A stretch of DNA of 63,227 nt from Octopus bimaculoides (GCF_001194135.2 NC_069001.1:21954895-22018121), one strand, 5' to 3'. Counted from the stretch's first letter, positions 38,861-52,503 are shown. A program made the numbers and translations. The notes: generated by a model from the sequence alone, not told the origin.

Positions 38861-40640
38861 CAGTATGTAATAAAATTCTGGAAAACTTTTGTTTATCCTA
38901 ATTTTTTAAATCTTTATCATGCAAATTTTTGCGCCGATTCCGAAAATGATCTTACTTTTTCTCTACTATCGACTTTTGCTGAGATATATGAAATTACGCT
39001 AATTATTAACAAATGTAATGATTATGATGCCCAGAATTTGGGCTAGTGACGGAAAATCGTGTTTTTGATTTAATTTAAACTTCTAATGAATGACCAAGGA
39101 TAAGCTACTCCACATTTCATGGTACCCAACAGGTACACCGATTTCATTTCAGTCCGATAAAATCGATGAACTCCCTTGTCAGATAGAAGATACTATGAGT
39201 GGGGGTGTAATTGGGGAAGTACGAAGGCAGCAGTAAACAAGAGATGGTCGAAGCGTTCGAGCCAGGAATGAGTAGCCGTTCACACTTTCCAAATCAACGT
39301 GAACTGAATGATCTCATCATGGATTTAAGCTCCACCAAGTCAATAGATAAATGTTTAGCATCCAGGCTGAAGGAATGGAATTTAGTGGGCGGGGACTGTA
39401 AATCAACAAGAAACTTCGGTATTTATTTCTTTGTTTCTGCAAAGAAATAAACAGCTTGTTTCCAGCTATTGGATTTGATCATGCCTGAAAAGAATGGCGA
39501 TTTTTCATAGACAGTTCAGCAAGAAACCTCAAAGTTGTTTTATTGCACAATGAAAATTAGTAATAATCTCTGCTTATTGTATATACTGTATAGATGAAGG
39601 AAGAATATGAAAATGTCAAAAAGCTTCTTCAGAAAGTAAACTATGCGGATTTCAGTGGGGTATTTGTGGTGATTTTAAGATGCTTGCCTTCTTGCTTGGA
39701 TTCCAAGGTGTATACAGAGAATATTCGTGCCTTCTTTGCGTATGGGACAGCAGTACCAGGAGACCGATTGGCCACCACGAAATAATATGCTGCCGGGGAT
39801 GCAAAATTTTATAAAACAACCTCTTGGAGAGCTTGCTAAGGTTTTGCTTACTCCAATTCATATAAAACTGGATTTGATCAAACAGTTTGAGAAGGCCTTA
39901 GATCATGGTGAAAATGCTGTTGAAGAAATTCTTTTGAAGCAAAGGTTAAGGGAGACATTATTACTGGACCGCAAATAAGGACAATGTGGAGGCCAGATAA
40001 ACTTGGCACTGAGTGATATAGAAAGAGAGGCATGGTGTGCATATAGTGGCATAGTCCATGGTTTCCTATGTAACAACAAACATCCAAACTACAAGTAACT
40101 GGTGGCAAAGCTTATTGAGAGTTTTAAGAACTTAGGCTGCCGAATGTCATTAAGCTGCACTTCTTGTATTCATATTCCTGAAACCTTAGGTCAGGTCAGT
40201 GAAGAGTATGGTGAAAGATTCCATCAGAACATTGCTGTAAAGGTGAAGAGATACCAAGGAAGATGGGATACTGCTATCATAGAAGACTATATATGGTCAT
40301 TTGCCCTTAATGATAAAGGAGCTCACAGATGGAAAACACGATCTTCAATGCATTTCGAGTGTAATCTCATCATATGCCTGTTTAGCTTAAAGTGAGATGC
40401 AAAAAATGATTATAATAATATTAGTTGATTGATATTGTCGCACAACGTGAATAATGTTCATAAAGCAATAACGCAACCAAGCATTGTTTTCCGCCAATGT
40501 TAAACCATGATTATCTTGATTATCTCTTAAAATTTTAAATATCGATGGTAGGCAAAATCTAAGGATATTTTTGAAATTAGAAGAAAGACATCAAGCAACA
40601 TTGAAAAAATTTAGAAAAGTAAAATTGGTATTACACAGTA
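38861..40640 (+). mobile_element. Chapaev3-like (CMC superfamily) DNA transposon, decayed, both ends present
   Basis: Transposase remnants QRELNDLIMDL...LASRLKEWNL, W.FFIDSSARNLKVVLLHN, MKEEYENVKKLL.K.NY, TPIHIKLDLIKQFEKAL, NLGCRMS, GQVSEEYGERFHQNI...RYQGRWD. Imperfect TIRs CAGTATGTAATA / TATTACACAGTA with TTA on both flanks. Family assignment is from recalled motifs. Confidence 0.78.
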
Positions 40641-40659
40641 TTATGTGTGAGTTTGTGAG

Positions 40660-40940
40660 GGTGTATGACCAAGTGATTAGGCTGTTGCACTCACGATCAC
40701 GAGATCGTGGTTTCAATTCCTAGACCGGTGGTGCGTTGTGTTCTTGAGCAAAACACTTCATCTCAAGTTACTCTGCAATCACTTCGACACCTGACGCGTG
40801 GTACACTTGTGCACCTGTTCGGACAACATCGAGTTGATTGAGGGAGTGAGCTAATATGCGGCACAAACATAAACAAATCATTTGTGCAGGTCGTTCGGCA
40901 AAAGCTGAACGCTTATATGTCGTCTTCGACGGGAAGGGGC
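40660..40940 (+). mobile_element. tRNA-derived SINE (family B-related head, different body)
   Basis: GTGTATGACCAAGTGATTAGG...GGTTTCAATTCC...GTTGTGTTCTTGAGCAAAACACTTCATCTC. Confidence 0.75.
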
Positions 40941-41246
40941 AAAGGGTACCAGCATTGCTAGAAATAGGAGTCAACGACTCCTTAGCCAGAAAGAGTTGCA
41001 TGTTGTATTTGAACTGACAGAAGAGACAACACCTCCTCACTGTAAGCCAGATGCATTAGATTAACGTGTTAATTTCATATAAGAAAATATTACTCGTCAG
41101 CAATGCTTACTCGAAGACGGGTGGTGGTGCTGAAATCACGCCTCTCAGTATTATAGAAATTACCGTAGAAATCAGTAACTGACTTCATGGAGTGGTAATA
41201 CGATAATTATAAAATAATAATGGTAGCCGGAAACAATTTAAAACCA

Positions 41247-41316
<70 letters not shown>

Positions 41317-41324
41317 GTATGTAT

Positions 41325-41781
41325 GTATGTATGTGTGTGTGAGTAGGTGTGTGAATGTATACACACATACACATACACACATATATAATAAAGGTGATTG
41401 GAAGACATTGAAAACCAAAAAGGAAATAATTCACCATCCCTAAACATGACCAAGGGTACAAAGGGTACCAGCATTGCTAGAAATAGGAATGAAAGATTCC
41501 TTAGCCACAAAAAGTCGCAAGTTCTATTTCAACTGACAGAGGAGACAGCAAATGTTCATTTTACGATAGGGAGCTGTTCTCTGTCAGTTCAAATAGAACA
41601 TGCGACTATTTGTGGCTAAGGAGGTTTTGACTATTATTTCTAGCAATGATGGTGCCCTTTGCAGTCTCGGTCACTTTTAGTGTCAGTGAATTATTTCCTT
41701 TTTGGTTTTCAATTTCTTCCAGCCACCTTTATTATATGTGTGTGTATGTGTGTATACATTCATATACACACTCACACACAT

Positions 41782-41790
<9 letters not shown>
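41325..41790. repeat. Long imperfect palindrome (~220-bp arms, ~22-nt loop) extending into flanking microsatellites
   Basis: AAAACCAAAAAGGAAATAATTCAC...GCTAGAAATA...TTAGCCACAAA...AACTGACAGAG is inverted at 41572-41720. A third direct copy of the inner arm lies at 40941-41030. Confidence 0.88.
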
Positions 41791-41846
<56 letters not shown>

Positions 41847-43136
41847 ATATATATATACGAGCATATATAGAGGCACGCACTCAAGCATATGCATGTGTGC
41901 ATATCTGCACCTATGTATGTACGTATGTATGTATATATGTGTATGTATGTGGGTGGGTGTACGTGTGTGTGTGAATATAACGTAAATGCATTTGGATAAC
42001 AAACCGTGAATAAATATAATATTGTCTTAAAGAACTCGCAGGTATTTGTTAATAATGCCATTACATGATATACGTTACCCAATGACTCACAAGTTTTATA
42101 TGATCTGGAAGTATTATAAACGTCCATATCAACGTTGGGAAACAAGTGATACGATATCTTTGAAATGTTCAATGAAGGGGAAGAATTCTGAACAATAACG
42201 AAACTACTTAAACGATGAAATCGTAAATAGATTTGTGTTTGTTCCAATGAGGACTAAATTCGGTAATATATTTCTAAATTGTTATTTCACTAGTTTGCTT
42301 CAGTGCACAGAGACTTGAGTTTGGGTTAGTAGGCGCCATCTATATCAATATAGGATCTGCTTTTGTTTATAAGTATTTTATTTTCACATCTTCCAAAATT
42401 TGTAGAAGCTGGTTTATTGTGTGTTTGGGCAAATGTTGGTTGACAGTTCGCACAAAAACATTTATAAAGACTATTACTCTTATCCACTGAATGTACGTAT
42501 TATTGATATTTACTTTAGATTTTTTATGGTTTCTTCTGTGAAAATCACAAAGCAAATATATTAAGCTTGTTTTGCAAACGAGTAGTATTTTAGATGTGTG
42601 AATGTTTGCGAGACATCTCCATATATCCATCCCCAACCCAATCTCCGAAAGGTCTGATAAATTTGAAGTAACAGCGAGTGTGCAGTATACTGCAACATAC
42701 AATTTCATTTTAAAGTAGTATATATACTAATTTCAGAAGACTTTTGCTTCAACTAATGATTCAAAATAAGATAAGTCAGAATTATTCTCTCATTATCTTC
42801 TTTAAGCACAAAGAATTATTTCAACTCGTCACTATAAAGTAAAGAAATACTTGCTAGTTATTATGTACTTTGCTGTGTACTGTACTTAACAATATCTCTA
42901 TTTGACTGAAGTAAATTTCTGTAAAACAATTTGTCTCAAATAATTAGGTACTAAAGCAATTTGGTCTGAAGGCGATATCGTCTAATAAGGTTTTTGTCTG
43001 ACCATTTATCTCCCCAAATATCAATAATTCTGTTATCAATTATAAGTTTTAAGAATGATCTAATGCTAAAATTTATGTGCAAAATAATATAATTCATATT
43101 TGATATCTTTTGATCTGAATGACGTATGTAAAGATG

Positions 43137-43138
43137 AG

Positions 43139-43211
<73 letters not shown>

Positions 43212-43212
43212 G
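43137..43212. repeat. (CTA)n microsatellite
   Basis: Direct reading of the sequence. Confidence 0.95.
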
Positions 43213-43639
43213 CGGTAGTACAGAAGCTGCTGCAACTACACGACTATTATTAATAACAATTTTCTATATCAAGCTGAGGACTCCTGGACATGTTTTACAT
43301 TATAAGGGTTGTTGGTCATGTAATTATCCAGTCTGGTACCCATAACATGAAAACGCATTAAAGCAGGTGAGAAGCCAGCCTCCCTTGTATATCCTTCAAT
43401 CCTTTCACTCAGAAGCCTTGGATACCATTTGACTTAATTCGGAGATCAGTATTAAAGTATTAGAATCTGCCACTTTAGAGGTATTGCTAGATAACGTACA
43501 GGTAGTATGGTGAGTTGAATATAAGTGTGAATTTCAATCATCTCCAGTACTATAAGACTCAATTGGAAGATGTGTCTTATTTGCATCAGCGTTGTGACTA
43601 GGTGCTGATGCCGCTAATCCCTGGAGTATTAGTGTTATT

Positions 43640-44570
43640 GCAGGTATTGTTCAAGCAGGTAGAATTTTGCATAGATACAACACGATAAGGGTGGATGGAC
43701 AGCTGGGCTGTTTCCAGGACCCATAATGGGGCCGCCGAATTTGTGTCTATTAGAAGCGGCGATTATAGAACCCAAATTTGTTAAAAATAAAGTAATATTT
43801 ATAGTGTAGTAGAAAATTAGAATTTAGGATTTTGAAAAACGCTTCGGTATACAAATCATAAGATCTCCTGCTTTCTTCTCCTTTGAGTCAAAGGCTGATG
43901 TTGGGTACGTTAGTCTAGGGGTGGTCCGAGTTTATTCTGTATTAGGGTTGGACGGTTTACTGCGCTAGTATTAGCAGGTGGAGAGGGGTACCTCTGGGAG
44001 TGTTTGTACCATTACAAGGGAAAGAAGTTGTAGATAAGTCTTCGGTCTAGTATTAGGGATGTATGTTGTCCTATCAAGGCTACCACTATTTCGAGAACCT
44101 GCTTATAGTGTGGAGTGTGGTTATTAAAGATATCCTCGTTAGCCGAAAGATTAGGAACCCTAATGGAAATACCTTTATCTATGCTATTGAGGACCAAATT
44201 AGAATGATTAGATAAAACATCAATATATTGAAGTGAGTCATTAGTCTTATGGTAAGGGTAATAGAAGTTAGCATCTAAGGCAAGAGACCCATCTAGGAAG
44301 TTAGCTACTTTAAGTAATATTTTCGAATGAGATAAAGAGACTATAACTAAGAAACCTTGTGGAGGACGTTCCAGATACATTCAATGGACGACCGAGACAT
44401 CAGTGGAGATATGAGATGAGCATCGTCTCTGTATATATCCTCAGAGAGGCCATGGAAGTTCTCATATGAGAATGAAAGAAAATGCTTACTAGGTCTACAA
44501 TATGAGTAGAGTCCGAAGAACCCATGGCGAAATCGAAGAGGTATGTGGAAGGATTACGGGACCATTATTG
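43640..44570 (-). mobile_element. Penelope-like retroelement relic (RT catalytic core and thumb)
   Basis: Minus strand: FDFAMGSSDSTHIVDLV, (I)YRDD, then ORF 44012-44380 VANFLD..L..YYPYHKTND.LQYI..LSNH...I.KGISIR..NLSANEDIFN. This is a different lineage from the element at 138-1325. Confidence 0.75.
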
Positions 44571-44854
44571 GTTGTTAAATGACAAGAGTGATTGTTTTTT
44601 TTAACTGTTCAGATAATGTCCATTATTGACTGAGTAAGGAGAGCAAATTTTCCCGAGAAAATTAGGGCCTTACTTAATATAATGGGAGATACGCAAACGT
44701 AATAGTCCGAAATATCAAACTCTAGGAAGTATTAGGTTTGTTAGAAAGAGTATGGAACAAAGTGCTGAAATCACAAATAGTGTTCCAAAGTAAAGAATAA
44801 AGTTTAGCCTTCTTCTTCACTATGGGGATAAATTGTTCAAAATGCATGTACTAA

Positions 44855-45891
44855 TACGACCCAGTTAGGAAACAAATGGTAGTCTGAAAGAGCAAGGTCG
44901 GGCGAATAAGGTGGATGAGGAATTTTTTCCCAACCAAGCTCTTCGATCTTCTGTGATGTGATCTTTGCAGTGTGGCGTCACGCATTGTCCTGATGAAACA
45001 TCACTCCTTTTCAATTTACTAAAGCAGGTCTTTTTTATTCGAAGCTTGGTTCAAACGCTCTAATTCCTGACAGTAGACTTGAGCATCGATTGTTGCATTA
45101 GGTGGTAACAATTCAAAGCGAATTATTCCTTTGCAATCCGACCAGATAGAGAGAAGAACCTTTTCTCCATGAAGTTCCCTTCTCGGTTGTGGTTGAGCTT
45201 TTTCCCTTTTACCAAGCCACTATTTACGACGTTTAGCATTTCAATAGAAGATCCATTTTTCCTCACCAGTCACAAGACTATCCGAAAAGGGTGAAATGAG
45301 TTCGCGAGAATGGAGAGAAGAGCAGATGTCAACACGGGATTTGTGCTTGCTTTCGGTCAATTCATGAGACACCCATTTTCTATGTTTAGGAATCTTTCTA
45401 AGTTGTTGAAGATGACGATGAACAGTTGTATAGTTTGAACTAAGCTTTATTGCCAATTCTCCAACTGATAATGCAGGATTTTCTTCAAGTAATGCCTCAA
45501 GGAGCTTATCATCAAACTCAACTGGACATCCTGTTCGATCTTCATTTTGAAGGCTGAAATCTCCACTTCTGAAATTTGCAAACCATCTTCTGCAAGTTCT
45601 TTCATTCAGGCATTCTTTCCCATAAACTGAGTGTATGTTTCAAGTCGCTTTGGCTGCAGAGTTTCCATTTTTGTACTCATAAAGCATTATGTGCCTAAAA
45701 CGCTCTTTGGATACTTCCATGTTAGAAAGAAATTTTATTTCTATTATTCTGTAAAATAATATTTAATTAGTTTAAATGTACACAAATGCATAAAAATAAT
45801 TTTTAATTCCATTAGACATTCTAAAATACTATTAAATTTCATTCAATTTAAAAAAGATAAAATCGGACAGAACTTATGGGATGACCTGATA
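44855..45891 (-). mobile_element. Mariner transposon, 5' TIR plus transposase pseudogene, 3'-truncated
   Basis: TIR TA-TCAGGTCATCCCATAAGTTCTGTCCG at 45891-45864; ATG at 45720. Translation MEVSKERFRHIMLYEY...WVSHELTE...VTGEEKWIFY...HQDNA...HPPYSPDLALSDYHLF shows D,D34D spacing remnants. Stops are present. Confidence 0.93.
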
Positions 45892-45916
45892 TTTATGTTA
45901 ATTTTTACTTTACAAT

Positions 45917-46126
45917 GAGGTGGCTGGCAGAGTCGTTAGCATGCCGAGCAAGATACTTAGCAGCATTTCGTCGGTCTTTACGTCCCGATTTCATATTCCG
46001 CCACGGTTGACTTTGCCTTTCCTGCTTCCGCAATCGATAAAATACGTGCCAGTTGAGCACTGGATCGATTTAATCGACAATCTCTTTCTCCAAAATTACT
46101 GGTCTTGCGCTAAAGTTTTGTAACTA
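45917..46126 (+). mobile_element. tRNA-derived SINE, family A
   Basis: GGTGGCTGGCAGAGTCGTTAGCATGCCG...GTTGACTTTGCCTTT...CCAGTTGAGCACTGG. Confidence 0.82.
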
Positions 46127-49100
46127 ATACCTATCTGAATATGTTTAAATAAATAAGTGCTCCACTGTGAATTGCCTAGTTTTTGTGTGGTTTTCTATCT
46201 CGGTTACTATTGTCATGTGACTTTACATTTAAACTTCTGAGTGTGTTACCTTTTTAATAAGTAGTGTAATGTTCTTCTGTGTAAATTCCTGGTCGGTTGA
46301 TGGAGAAATATTGAACTTGTGCTAAACTTTAGTCAGGGAACTTACCACGTGAGGGTTCATTTTTTAACTTAATATATTACATTGATTATTTAAAGTTAGT
46401 TCTCTACCTTGCAGGCTAGCTCTTTCAGATTTATGAGAGGTGTTTCTATTTCTGTTTCTGTATAATGTTTTCTAGCATAGTTTGTGATTCAGTAGAATAC
46501 ATACGTATGTACGTACGTACACGCACGTATACACACACGGACGCATACATACATATATACGTTCATACATACATACATACATACATACATACATACATAC
46601 ATACATACATACATGCATATATGTTTGTGTATAAAGAAAGGAATACGCGGTGGAAAAAAACGTGTGCTTATATACGAGTGTGTCCATACGAGAAGATTTG
46701 TGTTTTTGTTCGCGTGTGTGTATGTGTATGCCTATGTCTTTCTATGCTATACATTTTTCTGTTTGTTTTTAAGCCATAATCGTTAATTCTTCAAGGCTCG
46801 TTTCCTTCCATGCACTGCTAAATCCTCATATTTTATGCCATGTTTCTTTTTTAACCTTATTAACTGAATCATGGAATAAAATATATCTCGTAATGGAAAC
46901 ATCGTCTTCACTATTTTTCTCTATTGCTACTTCTTTTTTGCAAAGAAAACAATGGCCAGAGTTTATCGGGAGCTAAGTTACTGTCATTTTATAATATTTA
47001 TGGCAAAGTACTGATCAGAAACAGAGAAGTAAAGAAAACAATGAACGTCTTGATAGACTGAACGTATTTATTTAGCAATGTAAATATACAATGAATTGGT
47101 TGTACGTATTTGGCAATTTTATATGAAATGTTGGAGCAAAGGTGATGTTGTATATATAGTCCGCTGCCTAGCTAAATATACAATTGCGAAATCGGACATA
47201 CTAATTAATTTACATTTCTCTTGACTGACGAATATTTTGGGTAAAATGACCTTGCTTAAGGAATCAAACACATAGATGTCATAAAGGTCGAAATCATAAA
47301 CTTGTTGATAGTATCAGATTGTTATTTATGCTTTGTTTTTATTTAAATAATATCTAAAGGATAAGGTGTGAATATGAAAATAAAGAACAAAGCATATTTG
47401 TGAGTGAAATTGTATGCTTACGTTAGTGAATTATAGAATGAAAACAGGATAGCTTACTAATGCTTGGATGGAGAGATAATCGATGCTCCTATGAACTCCA
47501 TTGGAAAGACCATTGGAATTGTTGATGTGAGTGAAAGTATGAAACCAAAACTTATCTGCTGCACCAGAATTGATTGCAGCAGTTCAAGATGGAAATATCT
47601 AATGAAGGGAGAGTTGCTTTGATTACTTGCAACATGCTATAGATCTGACATTTTCCTTTAATAATAATTAAATATCCGATAGGTTAAAGCTACCACCTAT
47701 TCCATACACACTCTGTTCGCTAGGTTCGACAGTGTTTCTTCTTCAAAATTACAATCGCAATACTTGGAGGAGTCCATGCCTTTAGGTAAACACTGAATAC
47801 GTGTATATACGTATAAATGCGTGGCTATCTATATGTTTACCTCTCTGTCTGTCTGTCTATCTATCTATCTATACATACATACATACATAAATTCATATAA
47901 TATATATCATAATGATATTTATTCTCCGATTTTGAAGCTACAATTTTAAAATATAAACAAATGACCAAAAAATGATGCGCTAACCTCAGGCTGAATCGAA
48001 CCCACAAATCGATGCTTTCATGGGTCCTTACGAATCTGATTGTAGCCAAACGCTCACCCATCAATTTCAGCCAAATGTAGTTAATGTATACTTAAGCTTT
48101 CTTAATAGTACATAAATAATATTTTTATAAACAAAACCGCAAAGCCTTTCGGAATTAAAATTAAGAATTGAAATATTTAAATGTCTTTCGATATCTCTGG
48201 CAACATTTCATTGTAAAAATCCCATTAAAATTTAATAAAATTTATTTAGAAGTATTTATATAATACATTTTTCAAGGCAAAGATTACATATAGAATTACT
48301 AATATTGTACGATGGTGCGTAGTCAATAATGGACCACTTTAATCATACTTAATGTTCCTATCTTTTAAATTCCAAATGCGTTTACTAAGATTTTTAGAAT
48401 TACCTTTTCTTCTGTACTCAAAGGAATGAGAATGATTATGAAATCTAGACTTAGTTGAGCATTGAACTACGCCAACCATATCGTGAGCCAAATGAGTACA
48501 TAAGCTATGTGAATAAAAATTCTAATCAACCAAGAAGCATCAAAAATTCTATCATTAAAATTATGCGTACTCGTATTTCGATGTTTTCAGTTGGAGGATG
48601 TATTTAAACAAAATCTCTGTATTTAACTTTCTCTCATATATCTTTGTGAAATCCGTAACGATACATTTCGTGCTATCATAGGCAGACGAATTCTACATTG
48701 TTTCGGCACTCCAGATTTTGAGACTCGTGAATAGATATGCATTTTACTGGAAATAGTGTACACATCTATGTCGCACATCTATGTCACACGACGCTCTAGA
48801 ACATAATATTTTGTGTTGCTCTTTTCAGGTGCTAGCTGCAAAGCACATTGAATTCAACAATCAGAAGACGTTTATGCCTAGTGAGGTCATGTTATAAAAT
48901 CGCAACGTCGCTCGTATAACAGGTTGGACATTTTCTAAAAATGAACTCTTTCTCCCTTGCACCTTCCAGTCGTTATTAATACTGAAATGTCTGGTCTTTT
49001 GCTTCTATTTTCTTCTGTTACTTCATGACAATTTCGCACCTTCTGTGTTTAAAATTGCTGAAAGCAAGATCTTTTTCTAATTCGCTTTGCAACATTGTTC

Positions 49101-49304
49101 AGTTAACTTACTTGTAAGTTTAAAATTAACTCATGCTACTTGGAATACCCAGCTACAGATGATTTACTGAATATCAGTCAAGTATTTCTAGTCGTACAAT
49201 TTTACATTAACTAGGGAAAGAAATATAGCATATATCCACTCGAGAAGATTTTCTTTTCTCCATCTGCTTTCCTTACTGCGTATGATCTTTGTATATATAA
49301 ATTA

Positions 49305-49367
<63 letters not shown>

Positions 49368-50103
49368 TGTGTATGTGTGTGCTGTCTCTTTGTGTGTAGT
49401 ATTGTATATGTGTATATCAGAATAAATACAAACCCATTTACTTACATTTGGAATGCATTTAGCACGCACGTTTGTATGACAAGTATATGACAAGTGTATT
49501 TCATATATTTTCTTTTTAGCGTTTACAAAACATTGAGTAGAGAGGTCTTCTGCTATTTTCAATAATATTACGCGATTTGAATAAAACTTTGGAAGAAAGA
49601 GATTAAGTACCAAATGTAAGTACGACCAGTGGCTAACATCTCTGATATAACGATGGCCATAAAGAATTATCAACCTCAATGTGATTTCGCCATCTGTTCT
49701 CTAAAGTTAGAATATACTCCGTATTCTATTGTCATGAAATGAAGAAAATATGCATGCAACTCACGAAGACTTTGAAGTTCTAACATACTAGAATCGGATA
49801 TTTTCTGCAAAAATCATAGAATGATACGAAATTTTCAATTGCTTGAGAAACCTATTATATAGGATTCAGACATATACGGTGAGACACGCACATACATACG
49901 CATGCGCGCTCGCAACCATGAGGTTAACGTCCTTTCTGCATCATAGTTTATAATTACATGGTTATGGATTTGAAATTTACTCCCATAGATATATATTCAG
50001 TGTTTATGCTTGTATGGCATTTAAGAGTCTCATTTCATCCTTTTCTATTCGTTTTTGCATCCCCATCAATATTTCAAGAACTTCATTTCATACGCTAATG
50101 CGT

Positions 50104-50513
50104 ATGGCCCCATCTCCTCGGGCAAACTGCTGTCCCCAACTGCTTCGGCTGACTCCTACCAGTCGACTGGCACCAAATACTCCGGCCAACTGCTCCGGTC
50201 AACTGCTCCGGCCAACTGCTCCGGCTCACTGCTTCCCGCCAATTCCTGTTCTCCTATTCATCCCAAATGCCATAGCTCATAGTGTTACTTTATCCCCTCC
50301 CAAAGCTGGGTCGGTTCGGTACCATTCCTGTCCTGCCTTTTTTGAACTTTCGCTGACCGGTAAGGGGCAGCGATCACTCCTACGCTAAAAATAGCTGTGG
50401 TTGCTGACAAGACAAAGGAAATACCATTGTCCCCAACTGACCAGAGTACGGGTTCAAAACCCATCCCGGGAGATAGGGATATAACGCTAATTGTATTTTC
50501 GGTGGTCGCATCA
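50104..50513 (-). repeat. 3' LTR, truncated to ~410 bp
   Basis: About 10 substitutions versus the 5' LTR by eye. The 13-bp unit CCAACTGCTCCGG occurs 3 times here and once in the 5' LTR. Confidence 0.88.
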
Positions 50514-50527
50514 CTACCCCTTCCCTA
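50514..50527 (-). promoter_or_regulatory. Polypurine tract
   Basis: AGGGAAGGGGTAG lies immediately before the 3' LTR TG. Confidence 0.8.
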
Positions 50528-50963
50528 GCTCTTTGTCGTCCCGACAAAAACAAACAACATTTCTACTCCTAAATCGATTCTTTTCTTCCTCAGACTTTCT
50601 TAGCAAGTGGATCCAACCCCTGCAGGTGTGCTCCAACTGAACTGTCCAGAGCCATGGTACTTCCACNNNNNNNNNNNNNNNNNNNNNNNNNNNNNNNNNN
50701 NNNNNNNNNNNNNNNNNNNNNNNNNNNNNNNNNNNNNNNNNNNNNNNNNNNNNNNNNNNNNNNNNNNNNNNNNNNNNNNNNNNNNNNNNNNNNNNNNNNN
50801 NNNNNNNNNNNNNNNNNNNNNNNNNNNNNNNNNNNNNNNNNNNNNNNNNNNNNNNNNNNNNNNNNNNNNNNNNNNNNNNNNNNNNNNNNNNNNNNNNNNN
50901 NNNNNNNNNNNNNNNNNNNNNNNNNNNNNNNNNNNNNNNNNNNNNNNNNNNNNNNNNNNNNNN

Positions 50964-51527
50964 CTGTGCCACTGTAGAAGAATTGGCTGCTACATCCAGC
51001 ACTTTATCAGCTCCTGCTTCCAGGGTTCGTCCGACCCTCACTCTAGCTTTCAACTTGCTTCGTCTGTCGGGCTCCACCAGCCCCTGACAGCCATCAGTAG
51101 GATTGCTCACACGACACTGGAGCAGCTTTTCCGATTGCGGTGGTACCACTGTCGTCCGTAGCGCTGTTACCTCGCTACCGGGCGTGGTCCGTCTTACCAT
51201 CCTAACAGGGATCGATCTTCCCTGTACCGAAAGCTTCATCAACCGCAAGTCCAGCTGACAATCCATGGACGTTAAATAGTCCAACCCTAAAATGCACAGA
51301 TCCTCCATTTCAACCACATAAACAGGAAGCACAGCTTCCAATCCGGCAACATCAATCCGGACTTTAACTGGCCCTCTCAGTTCAGTGCAATGTCCGGTCA
51401 CACCACACAACTGCTGCGATGCCTCTGACAGCTCTAGATCCTGCAACACATCGGACCTCACAAAAGTCTGTCCCGAGGCCGAATCAATCACTAGAGAACA
51501 CGTCCGGCCGTTGACTTTTCCGTTCAC
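50964..51527 (-). CDS. pol: Gypsy aspartic protease and post-protease linker (Pol N-terminus)
   Basis: GKVNGRTCSLVIDSASGQTFVR...ILGLDYL...CQLDL. The catalytic D-S/T-G reads DSA, so activity is uncertain. Confidence 0.78.
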
Positions 51528-51737
51528 TCGTAGGCTGTCTATCGCAGTCCTTACATGCCATCTCNNNNNNNNNNNNNNNNNNNNNNNNNNNNNNNNNNNN
51601 NNNNNNNNNNNNNNNNNNNNNNNNNNNNNNNNNNNNNNNNNNNNNNNNNNNNNNNNNNNNNNNNNNNNNNNNNNNNNNNNNNNNNNNNNNNNNNNNNNNN
51701 NNNNNNNNNNNNNNNNNNNNNNNNNNNNNNNNNNNNG

Positions 51738-52411
51738 GCTGGTGGTTGCCCCTCAACACCAGCTCCTCTTCGTTTTCCGACTCTATTTCTTGTTGGGCAG
51801 TCACAACTCAGGTGTCCCTTTTTCTTACAACACCAACACTCGCCCTTGAAAACAGATCCTGCCCCATCGTTCTGTTTCCTCTCTCGCCGCCAACTGTAGC
51901 AGTCTCGCCGCCTGTGTCCGCTTCTCCCACAGTGCCAACACACACCAGTCATCTCCTCATTCCGCCTACTAAGTCCTTCAACTTCACGGACTTTTACCCT
52001 CCGTGCCTTGAATCCGGAGCTTCCACTCACTCGTAAATTTCCGATGCTCGATTTCATACAGGACTCGAACTCCAGAGCCCTAGCCAACGCCTCTTGTGGC
52101 TTCTTCCTAGCAGGGACCACACCGCTACTTTGAACTTCAGGAGATCCGCATCCAGACGTCGGAGCATCACGTGATGACGCAGCAACAACGACTTCTTCAG
52201 GTTTAGCAACCTCAGGCTCGACAGCACAAAATTTCTCCACGCGCTCCGTCCTCTCATTAAGCCATTCTATCTGCTGTTTAGAACATGCGGCATCACTACT
52301 CAGTCCGCGGAACTCCTCCCTAAATTGTCGGTGATCCTCCCGCATCTGCTGTTGCTCTTTCCTGAGTTCAGCGAAGCTCTCCTTCTGCTCTTCCAGCACC
52401 CTCACAACCAA
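51738..52411 (-). CDS. gag: Gypsy Gag remnant: coiled-coil N-terminus, capsid core deleted, two CCHC knuckles
   Basis: ARKKPQE joins directly to ALARALEFE; knuckles CWHCGRSGHRRRDC and CWCCKKKGHLSCDC. Confidence 0.8.
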
Positions 52412-52503
52412 GGCCAGGGATATTTCCTCCCTCCCAGCCTAACCCTTCGCACGCGTACCTTCCGAAGCCATGATGAACAACCAACTCACTGCAGCAATTT
52501 ATC

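Noticed and set aside
41732-42708. ORFs 41732-42247 and 42367-42708
   Set aside because: No conserved motifs; partly microsatellite-derived.
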